Positions 1 through 7,179 of a DNA stretch of 14,830 bases are shown here, one piece after another. The first letter of the stretch is position 1, and each line of letters begins with the position of its first letter. The DNA lies in the NCBI GenBank assembly GCA_043803685.1, contig JAZDJU010000038.1, forward strand, positions 1-14,830. The letters run 5' to 3'. The notes beneath the pieces are model-generated. The model was not told the DNA's origin. It searched no databases and worked only from the letters and a program-made list of their open reading frames with translations. This DNA comes from Candidatus Omnitrophota bacterium (GTDB lineage: Bacteria > Omnitrophota > Omnitrophia > Omnitrophales > Aquincolibacteriaceae). The translations under genes were made by a program, and so were the position numbers.

Positions 1-985
1 TATACATCTTGTCAAAGGCAGCCTGTGCGAGCGGCGTCGTGAATCCGGTCGATACATTGAGACGCGCCAACGGCGCCGCACGATAAACACCGCTGTCCGG
101 GCCGTCCACAAAGCCCTTCCAGCCGATCTTCTTCAAATACAGATACTTGATGTAGCTCCACGGTTCCTTGTGCTCGGAGATATGCTCCTGATATTGACGC
201 GGATCGAACTTTTCGATCTCCTTACCCGACGGATTAACAACTCGGAGCATCCCGTCGTAGAAATTCACCTTATTGTTCTCGTCGACCATCCCCATATAAT
301 TTGTTTCATGGTAATAAAGATCCTTATTAAGGATGATATCGAGATACGTCTTGTTCTTGAGAACCAGATCATCGAAAAGCTGTAGAGAAAACTTGGAGAA
401 CTCGACGGCAGAGACAAGCTTACCTTCGAAGTCCTTGCGCTCCTCTTCCGTGAGCCCACGGCTGACGCCACCCGGAAGACCGCATACCGGATGCTGCGAT
501 TTCCCGCCGAGAATCTTAAGTATTTCCTCGCCGTACACGCGATGCTTGATGACTTCTTTACCCTTTTCGATCCCCAGCTTCGCGATGGCACCTAAGACGT
601 TGCGCTCACCGGCTGGCGCCTTGGGTCCGCAAACAAAGTCAGGCGCTGCCAAATAATAGAAATGCAGCAAGTGATCAGAAAAATAAAACGTATTATACGC
701 GAGCTCTCTCAACTTACGGCCCGCAGACGATGGCTTAACGTGATAGACCTCGTCCAGCGCCTTGGTCGCAGCCATATGATGCGCCCAAGGACAAACACCG
801 CAAATGCGCGACGTGATCTGCGGTAATTCCGTCACATGGCGTCCCTTGCAAAACTCCTCAAAACCGCGAAGCTCCGGAACTTGGAAATAGGCGTTCTCCA
901 CAACCCCGTTATCGTCAAGGAAGATGGAGATCTTTCCATGGCCTTCCAGCCGCGTGATCGGATCGATTTCAATTCTCTTACCCAT
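1..985 (-). CDS. mvhA: [NiFe]-hydrogenase large subunit, MvhA/group 3c type (3'-truncated by window edge)
   Basis: Not in the ORF track; translated manually from ATG at 985, open to the window edge: MGKRIEIDPITRLEGHGKISIFLDDNGVVENAYFQVPELRGFEEFCKGRHVTELPQITSRICGVCPWAHH...HFYYLAAPDFV...LGGKSQHPVCGLPGG...EPWSYIKYLYLKKIGWKGFVDGPDSGVYRAAPLARLN. Contains the L1 Ni-binding motif RGFE...RICGVC. AGGAGG RBS at 991-996; follows mvhD-mvhG. Confidence 0.95.
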   Translation of the reverse strand, partial: MGKRIEIDPITRLEGHGKISIFLDDNGVVENAYFQVPELRGFEEFCKGRHVTELPQITSRICGVCPWAHHMAATKALDEVYHVKPSSAGRKLRELAYNTFYFSDHLLHFYYLAAPDFVCGPKAPAGERNVLGAIAKLGIEKGKEVIKHRVYGEEILKILGGKSQHPVCGLPGGVSRGLTEEERKDFEGKLVSAVEFSKFSLQLFDDLVLKNKTYLDIILNKDLYYHETNYMGMVDENNKVNFYDGMLRVVNPSGKEIEKFDPRQYQEHISEHKEPWSYIKYLYLKKIGWKGFVDGPDSGVYRAAPLARLNVSTGFTTPLAQAAFDKMY

Positions 986-990
986 GCTGG

Positions 991-996
991 CCTCCT
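991..996 (-). promoter_or_regulatory. Shine-Dalgarno site of mvhA (AGGAGG), overlapping the mvhG stop codon
   Basis: + strand cctcct at 991-996, 5 nt from the ATG at 985; mvhG TAG is at 995-997. Confidence 0.8.
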
Positions 997-1969
997 ATTT
1001 ATGCTTGATCTCTTTGTTCAACATGGACGACGGCAGAGAGTAACGGTAAACCATCCCCGCGATGTCCGTCAGGCCATCGATGATCTTCTTTGCCTCGGCA
1101 TCATCGTCGGTATCCACAATAGATGCCAAGGTCGATATATACGCTGCCCCAACATCCGCAATATTCGCCGTCGGCCCGTAACAACCCGTGCACGGCATGT
1201 TGGCTTTGATACACAAAGTTTCACAGCCACCCCGCGTGACCGGCCCCATGCAGGTGTACCCCTGATCCAAAAGGCACTTCTCCGGATCCGGTTTTTTCTC
1301 GTAAGGTCGGTAGAATTTCTTAACCTTCTTCTGCTCTCTCTTGCGCCCGCATTCATCGCAAAGCGTCTTGGTTTCGCCGAACGTCGCCCCCTTAGGCGGC
1401 AACTGACCGGCCAAAACCGCCAAAAGGAACTTTGCCGTCTGCTCAGGGGTCGGCGGACAACCTGGAAGATAATAATCGACCTCCACGACCTGATCGAGAC
1501 GAAGGACTTTCTCGAACAGCTCTGGAATTCTCAATTCGCCTTCTTTGACCTGAGTTTTAAGCTGCGGACGGATCTTCTTGTCCTCGCTCTGCACCGACGG
1601 AACATCCTCGTAGGCGGTCTTCAAAGTCCTCTCTCGAGTCGAGAAGTTCGACAGCCCCGGAACTCCGCCCAACTGGGCGCACGCGCCCCAGGCCACCAGG
1701 ATCTTCGATTTCTGACGCAGGAGTTTGGCGATCTCTTCTTGCTCGTCACTACGGATCGCACCATTAAACATGCACAGATCGATGTTCTTATCCGGCATTT
1801 CCATAATATGATGGTATTTAAAATCCAGCGCTACCGGCCACAGAACAAACTCGACCTGCGCTGCCACATCGAGAAGCGGTGCGCCGATATCAACAACCGC
1901 ACAGTCGCAACCTCCACAACTCGCAGCCCAATATAAAGCAACCTTCGGCTTATTCTGGGTCTCCCCCAT
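995..1969 (-). CDS. mvhG: [NiFe]-hydrogenase small Fe-S subunit, MvhG type
   Basis: YWAASCGGCD, GACAQLGGVPGL, YYLPGCPP, LCDEC and CLLDQGYTCMGPVTRGGC..LC....PCTGCYGP Fe-S motifs. No Tat signal, so cytoplasmic. Start moved from 1987 to the ATG at 1969, which has AGGAGG at 1975-1980 (324 aa). Confidence 0.95.
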   Translation of the reverse strand: MGETQNKPKVALYWAASCGGCDCAVVDIGAPLLDVAAQVEFVLWPVALDFKYHHIMEMPDKNIDLCMFNGAIRSDEQEEIAKLLRQKSKILVAWGACAQLGGVPGLSNFSTRERTLKTAYEDVPSVQSEDKKIRPQLKTQVKEGELRIPELFEKVLRLDQVVEVDYYLPGCPPTPEQTAKFLLAVLAGQLPPKGATFGETKTLCDECGRKREQKKVKKFYRPYEKKPDPEKCLLDQGYTCMGPVTRGGCETLCIKANMPCTGCYGPTANIADVGAAYISTLASIVDTDDDAEAKKIIDGLTDIAGMVYRYSLPSSMLNKEIKHK

Positions 1970-2011
1970 GTCGTCCTCCTTTGGCAACCGATTTCTTCGG
2001 AATCAAGAGTC

Positions 2012-2449
2012 TCAACGCGCGGCCAGCTTTTCCTGCTTTAATTCCTCAAAATTAAATGGGCCGAGCTTGCGGATAGCCTCCGTAAATTCCTTGGTGACGA
2101 GAGAATATTTCTCACCTTCGCCAGCCGATACCCAATCCAATCGCACCCTCCTGGGATTGATATACATCTCCTCAAGAAATTTCTCGAGGATGATCTGGCG
2201 CCGCAACGTTTTATAGTTGCCTTCTTTGTAGTGACAATCGCCGGGATGGCAGCCTAAGATCAAAACGCCATCCGCACCGTTTTTGAGACCTTCAAGAACA
2301 AATTGCGGCTCAACGCGTCCACTGCACATCACCTTCACTGGCAGTATATTGTGCGGCGATTCAAGATGCGCATTCCCAGCCTTGTCAGCCCCTTCGTACG
2401 AGCACCAATTGCACAAAAAGGTAAGGATTTTTGGCTCAAAAGCGCTCAT
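2012..2449 (-). CDS. mvhD: MvhD/FlpD [2Fe-2S] subunit
   Basis: FEPKILTFLCNWCSYEGAD, VMCSGRV, GADGVLILGCHPGDCHY..GN, WVSAGEG. True start is the ATG at 2449, which overlaps the hdrA TGA (ATGA); 145 aa. The ORF-track extension to 2545 lies inside hdrA. Confidence 0.96.
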   Translation of the reverse strand: MSAFEPKILTFLCNWCSYEGADKAGNAHLESPHNILPVKVMCSGRVEPQFVLEGLKNGADGVLILGCHPGDCHYKEGNYKTLRRQIILEKFLEEMYINPRRVRLDWVSAGEGEKYSLVTKEFTEAIRKLGPFNFEELKQEKLAAR

Positions 2450-4395
2450 GACAATACCCCCTTGATTTCGCTCACGATCTGTTGTGATGTAAAATTCTTT
2501 GCCCGCATGGCACCTGCAGGACATGTCGCGACACAGGTCCCGCAACCCTTGCAGAGAACCTCACTGACGATCACAACCTTCTTTGCTTCATCGTAATTAG
2601 GAGCGTTATACGGACACATGCTGACGCAAGACTTACAACCACAACAAAGATCCGGGTTTGACTCCGCGACCATCGGTTCCAGCTTAAGTTTTCGTCCGGC
2701 CACATAAGTGGAAAGAATTTCACCGACCGCAGCTTTGGCTTCAATCACCGAAGCGGTGATATCCTTGGGCCCGTTAAGTGTTCCCGCTAGATAAACACCT
2801 TCTCCCGTTGAAGAAACGCCGCGGATCTTTTCATGCTCAACGGTGATAAAGCCGCCGCGTTCTGCAAGAGAAAACTTTTTCACTAGGTTGCTGACATCCG
2901 CACTCGGCGCAAATCCGGTGGCCAAAATAACCATATCCGCATCAAACGCCGACAGTTGCCCGTCCATGCCTTTCCCGGACACCATAATCTTGTCGCCATT
3001 GCGCTTGAGGTCAGCAATCGCATTCTCACCCATTTGCCAGTTCCAGAACCGTACGCCCTCATGCTTCAAATCGTTGACTTGCTTCTGGAATTTGGCGCCT
3101 TCCAGACACAGGTCGTAAATAACATGCGTGACTTCACATTCCGGAATGGTCGACTTAATGCTGTGGCTCTGCTTAAGCGCATACTTGCAACACACACCCG
3201 AACAATACGGCAAGTGTTTTTCGATCCGGGATCCTACGCAATGGATAATCGCCACCGACTTCGGTTTTTCACCGTTCTTTTTGACGATCTTGCCCTGCGT
3301 TGGGCCGGTGGTGGAACAAATCCGTTCAAAATCCATTCCCGAATAAACCTCGGTTGCGGCATCCATCAGCCCAGGATAAACCTTCCGCGGGTCATAGACA
3401 TCGGCACCCGTAGCCAGAATGACCGTTCCGACCTTGACCTCAATATCTTTTGACTTCTGTTCAAGGTCAACGGCTTCGAAATCACAGGCATCCTTACACT
3501 TCGCACAAATTTGCCCCTTTGAGCGCACACACATATCCCATTCGACCGACGGAGCTTTGGGTACGCAGCCCGGAAAATAAAAATCCATGGCCTTGCGATT
3601 ATTCATATCCCCGTTATAGGGGTTCGGTGCGGAAGCCGGACAAACCTCAATGCACATCATGCAGCTAATGCAATTCTTCGGAATAACAAACGTGGGCCGT
3701 TGCTCCAAAGTAATCGTAAAATTCCCCCCAAAGCCGATCACATTTTTGACAGCGCTAGCGTTGAGAGAAACGATGGATTCGCAGTCCATCAATTCTTTGG
3801 TCCGCGGCGCCAGAATGCACGGCGCACATTCATTGGAAGGGTAAGTGTGTTCGAGTTTTGGAATAATGCCGCCAAAACCTGCTTGTTTCTCAACGAGATA
3901 GACCTTGCGCCCCGACTTGGCAAGTGCAAGGGCTGCTTCGACGCCGGCAATGCCGCCACCAACGACCATGACATCAGGATTGATCTCAATTTCTTTCTGC
4001 TCCAACGGTTCCTGATATCGAATGCGGGCAATCCCTGCTTTCATCATCCGAATGATTTTTTCCGTGGCCTGACATTTATCAGGCGTCATCCAGATCCCTT
4101 GTTCACGAATGTTCACCATCTGAACCATGAAGGGATTAAGCCCCCCCGCTTGACAGACTTTGCCAAAAGTCTGGCTATGCATCTTGGGTGAGCACGCGAT
4201 GGTCACAAAACGGTCGATCACCCCGGCCTTAATATCCTTGGTGATCACATCCTGGCCATCCGCCCCGCAGTAAAGATCATTAATTCTAACCACCACGTCA
4301 GGAAGGGCTTCGGCTGCCTTAACGATCTCATCAAACTGGGTCGCGTCAGAGATGGTTCCGCCGCATTTGCATATGTACACGCCAACCTTAGCCAT
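2446..4395 (-). CDS. hdrA: Heterodisulfide reductase subunit A (FAD/Fe-S flavoprotein)
   Basis: N-terminal VGVYICKCG...LYC...ACSPKMH; VNIREQ; FAD-binding VVGGGIAG; ECAPC; inserted ferredoxin (CISCMMCIEVCP); FER...GPTQG; HCVGSR...YCSGVCC; C-terminal 2x[4Fe-4S] (CCGCKSCVSMCP, CKGCGTCVATCP). 649 aa; AAGGAG RBS at 4403-4408. Confidence 0.95.
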   Translation of the reverse strand: MAKVGVYICKCGGTISDATQFDEIVKAAEALPDVVVRINDLYCGADGQDVITKDIKAGVIDRFVTIACSPKMHSQTFGKVCQAGGLNPFMVQMVNIREQGIWMTPDKCQATEKIIRMMKAGIARIRYQEPLEQKEIEINPDVMVVGGGIAGVEAALALAKSGRKVYLVEKQAGFGGIIPKLEHTYPSNECAPCILAPRTKELMDCESIVSLNASAVKNVIGFGGNFTITLEQRPTFVIPKNCISCMMCIEVCPASAPNPYNGDMNNRKAMDFYFPGCVPKAPSVEWDMCVRSKGQICAKCKDACDFEAVDLEQKSKDIEVKVGTVILATGADVYDPRKVYPGLMDAATEVYSGMDFERICSTTGPTQGKIVKKNGEKPKSVAIIHCVGSRIEKHLPYCSGVCCKYALKQSHSIKSTIPECEVTHVIYDLCLEGAKFQKQVNDLKHEGVRFWNWQMGENAIADLKRNGDKIMVSGKGMDGQLSAFDADMVILATGFAPSADVSNLVKKFSLAERGGFITVEHEKIRGVSSTGEGVYLAGTLNGPKDITASVIEAKAAVGEILSTYVAGRKLKLEPMVAESNPDLCCGCKSCVSMCPYNAPNYDEAKKVVIVSEVLCKGCGTCVATCPAGAMRAKNFTSQQIVSEIKGVLS

Positions 4396-4546
4396 AAGTT
4401 ATCTCCTTTGGTAAACCTTGCTGTCTTCCGCACACTGAAACCAAACGAGGACGCAAACTGCAGGTCGTTATCATCCACCCTTCGATGAAAAGAACCATGA
4501 CCAAGGACCAACTCCACCGGACATTATTCACTGATACGAATTATCC

Positions 4547-4768
4547 CTAAATACGTATAACAGCCTTCGTTTCCTTACCCACCGTATTGATCGAGATCAA
4601 CGGATGATTGGTCTTACCGGACCACTCCTTAATATCGCTTGGAAACGTTGTGCAGTCGGCGATAATTTCGAGCGTCTGCCCAGGCTTCAGTTCGCGAACC
4701 TTCTGCTGAGCCTTAGCGATCGGCAACGGACAAACCATACCTTTACAATCCAATACAACATCTGCCAT
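4547..4768 (-). CDS. TusA/SirA-family sulfur carrier protein
   Basis: 73 aa; LDCKGMVCPLP (CPxP motif), LKPGQTLEIIAD...DIKEW; AGGAGG RBS at 4774-4779. Confidence 0.92.
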   Translation of the reverse strand: MADVVLDCKGMVCPLPIAKAQQKVRELKPGQTLEIIADCTTFPSDIKEWSGKTNHPLISINTVGKETKAVIRI

Positions 4769-4779
4769 ACATTCCTCCT

Positions 4780-5262
4780 TTAGTGGTGAGTTGCGTGAAT
4801 CGACTTCACAATTTCCTCGCTGAATCGAGGAACCATCAATTTTAAAGCATGATCAATATCATCCCGGCATTCATAAAAATAATCATCCATCTTTTTTATT
4901 CCGACGAGAAACAATACCACCTCTCTGGGGTTTTCAAAACCAATCTTGCGAACGATATCCAGGATCGAATGAATCCCGATTCCGTGCGTGATGCGCGTTG
5001 AAAAACGGCACCTTTTTAATTCTTCGGGTGACACCCGCCAAAACTGGCCGATATCAGCATCCGCCACCTGAACGGAATCAACAATGAAGATCCGTTCATA
5101 ACCCGGGAAATAACTGAGCAAATGAATCCCCGATGCCAACGTCCGCTCGATCCGGACGTGCGAAGACTCAATATTCATAGAACGAATATGATCGATAACG
5201 TGCAATCCAACGGCATCATTGCCCCGCAAATCATTCCCCAATCCCAACAACAGCGTTTTCAT
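4780..5262 (-). CDS. Hydrogenase maturation endopeptidase (HybD/HycI family)
   Basis: LLLGLGNDLRGNDAVG, IFIVDSV and THG motifs supply the acidic/Asp/His metal ligands of this family; 160 aa; lies upstream of the hydrogenase genes. Confidence 0.9.
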   Translation of the reverse strand: MKTLLLGLGNDLRGNDAVGLHVIDHIRSMNIESSHVRIERTLASGIHLLSYFPGYERIFIVDSVQVADADIGQFWRVSPEELKRCRFSTRITHGIGIHSILDIVRKIGFENPREVVLFLVGIKKMDDYFYECRDDIDHALKLMVPRFSEEIVKSIHATHH

Positions 5263-5274
5263 GAACGCAACCCC

Positions 5275-6282
5275 TCAGCCGTTCGACGTTCCCTGTTGAG
5301 TCGCTTGGGATGATAGCTGCTCCGCTGCAGCGCTAATCTCCTGCGCGCTCGTCATATTGGCCAATGAGATATCATCCAATTGGGAAACCATGCCCAACTG
5401 ATCAACGACGGCGGTACTAATAGACTGTATTTTCTGCGAAGTATTATTGATCTCCTCAACTGTTTTGGCTAATTCCTGGCCCGTGCCCTCAACCAATCGT
5501 GCTCCTTTCTCAACAACAGCCGAACTTGACTGTATGGCATGAATGATTTCCTTGGCTGATCCTGCGCTTTTTTCAGCCAGCTTCCTTACCTCGTCCGCGA
5601 CAACGGCAAATCCCTTCCCGTGTTCACCGGCTCTTGCAGCTTCGATGGCCGCATTCAAGGCGAGTAAGTTAGTTTGATCCGCGATATCAGAAATCACTTC
5701 AATCGCACATCGAATTTGCTCCGAATGTTTTTCAATTTCCTTCATGGTTTCGACCGCGGCCGACATGGAGGAGCTCACCTGCTGAAGATCACTCACAGCA
5801 TGACTGGCTAACAGATTGCACTCCCCCGATGTCTGCGCAACGCCTTCGACAGACGTCAATAAAGCAGTAACGCTCGATCTCTGATGATTACCTCGGTCTG
5901 CGAGTCCTTGAGCCGTGCTCGAGAGCTCTTCAGCCGAAGAAGCGACTTGTGAGCTGCTACTCGATAAGGAATCGAAGAGATTGGCCAAAGACGCTGTCAT
6001 CTCGTTAAACTCTTTGGCAACTTCTCCGCCCACATCCGTAATCCTAACGTTGAAATTTCTCTTCGTGACCGCCTGAATACCTCGAATGAATTCATCCGAA
6101 GAAACCTTCGACGCCATCCTCCCGTTAATGAAGACAATAACGCCAAAAACAATCCCGCCCACCGCCGCAATCCATGTCTTCCCTGAAAAAATACCCGCCG
6201 CCAACACGAGAATAAATCCTGCAACGATCACTTCTCTTTCCCGAAGATACTTCGATAGCGTTAGCATGATACTTTTCCCCAT
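5275..6282 (-). CDS. Methyl-accepting chemotaxis protein (2 TM, HAMP-like segment, signalling domain; no sensor domain)
   Basis: Hairpin-tip motif [38 protein letters not shown]; hydrophobic stretches at about aa 18-33 and 37-52; HAMP-like NFNVRI...EVAKEFNEM; methylation-type sites AEELS and [12 protein letters not shown]. Confidence 0.96.
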   Translation of the reverse strand: MGKSIMLTLSKYLREREVIVAGFILVLAAGIFSGKTWIAAVGGIVFGVIVFINGRMASKVSSDEFIRGIQAVTKRNFNVRITDVGGEVAKEFNEMTASLANLFDSLSSSSSQVASSAEELSSTAQGLADRGNHQRSSVTALLTSVEGVAQTSGECNLLASHAVSDLQQVSSSMSAAVETMKEIEKHSEQIRCAIEVISDIADQTNLLALNAAIEAARAGEHGKGFAVVADEVRKLAEKSAGSAKEIIHAIQSSSAVVEKGARLVEGTGQELAKTVEEINNTSQKIQSISTAVVDQLGMVSQLDDISLANMTSAQEISAAAEQLSSQATQQGTSNG

Positions 6283-6296
6283 TTGTTACAACATCT

Positions 6297-7130
6297 CTAC
6301 TGTTTCGATGCCTGGATAATAGCGGCCGAATCTAACACCAAAGCAACGTTACCATCCGCAAGAATCGACGCACCAACGATCCCTTTGACGTTGGAAAAAT
6401 GCTTCGTCAACGATTTTAAAACGATCTCATCTTTCCCCAAAAGACTGTCTACAATAACTCCGATCCTCTCAACGCCGTTAGAGATCACCACAATGCGCCT
6501 GGTTTGGTCACTATCGCTCTGAACATTTTTTTCAAAACGGATAATCTTTGACAGTTCAATTAACGATAAGGCATGCTCCCTCAATTTCATGGTCGCGTTG
6601 CCATCGACGGTATAAATATCCTTAGATGACACATTAACAATCTCGTTTACCGTTGATAGAGGAAACGCGCATATTTCTTCCCCGACAACAACCAAAAGTG
6701 CGGACACAATTGACATGGCTAATGAGGCGTTGGCATCACCCCCCAAAACGGCCCCCCTTAACTTAATGATGCCGGACTGAAGTTCGGATGAAGCTTTTTC
6801 CAGGGAACTTGTCGTATGGCCAACACCTTGCATGTGTTTTAAGGCATCATCATATTTTGACAAAGCTTGTAATCCCTCGACAAGCTTACTCAAATCCATA
6901 ATGACTTTTGTCGTCCGAGAGGGCTCCTTAGCCACAACCCCCATCAAAGCCTTTACAGCCTCCACTACTTGAGCCAGTTCTTTTTGCCTGGCAAGGTCCT
7001 TTCGTAATAACCTCTCGATCCGAACGTATTGCGCCCGGATGACGGCAAGTTGACCGGACAAATCCATCAAGCGATCAAATTCGCCCTGATCAACTGCTAA
7101 GCCTGTCCTGCTTTCAGAATTTTTCGTCAT
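6297..7130 (-). CDS. CheA-derived protein: P3 dimerisation domain + P5 CheW-like domain, lacking Hpt and HATPase domains
   Basis: N-terminal FDRLMDLSGQLAVIRAQ...SSELQSGIIKLR matches CheA LDQLMNLSGELAILRAR...SADIQSGVMQAR. C-terminal KLREHALSLI...DEIVLKSL..HFS.VKGI.G.SIL.DG..AL.LD matches CheA P5. No N/G1/F/G2 boxes. Confidence 0.85.
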   Translation of the reverse strand: MTKNSESRTGLAVDQGEFDRLMDLSGQLAVIRAQYVRIERLLRKDLARQKELAQVVEAVKALMGVVAKEPSRTTKVIMDLSKLVEGLQALSKYDDALKHMQGVGHTTSSLEKASSELQSGIIKLRGAVLGGDANASLAMSIVSALLVVVGEEICAFPLSTVNEIVNVSSKDIYTVDGNATMKLREHALSLIELSKIIRFEKNVQSDSDQTRRIVVISNGVERIGVIVDSLLGKDEIVLKSLTKHFSNVKGIVGASILADGNVALVLDSAAIIQASKQ

Positions 7131-7179
7131 AGAGAAGGACCTTCCAACGGATTTTGTGTGGCTGTTAACTATCGGTTAT

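Noticed and set aside
170..656. Three short ORFs (170-385 +, 265-591 -, 333-656 +)
   Set aside because: All lie inside mvhA, which the ORF track missed because it lacks a stop codon within the window.
836..1936. 366-aa plus-strand ORF
   Set aside because: It is an antisense shadow of mvhG/mvhA with no recognisable motifs and an Arg/Leu-rich composition typical of reverse-frame ORFs.
2446..2449. Possible HdrA-MvhD fusion or frameshift
   Set aside because: The genes are separate complete ORFs with an ordinary 4-bp ATGA overlap.
2450..2545. 32-aa N-terminal extension of MvhD in the ORF track
   Set aside because: It overlaps the hdrA C-terminal ferredoxin domain. MvhD homology starts at MSAFEPK, where there is an ATGA coupling.
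1..4395. Selenocysteine (in-frame TGA) in HdrA, MvhD, MvhG or MvhA
   Set aside because: All visible motif positions are Cys and the frames are uninterrupted. The MvhA C-terminal L2 motif is outside the window and could not be assessed.
4245..4517. 90-aa minus-strand ORF spanning the tusA-hdrA gap
   Set aside because: More than half overlaps hdrA out of frame, with no motif and no convincing RBS.
6297..7130. Calling the 277-aa gene a plain cheW or a cheA pseudogene
   Set aside because: It has a clear P3 domain and a CheA-type P5, an intact frame, and protein-level conservation despite codon divergence.
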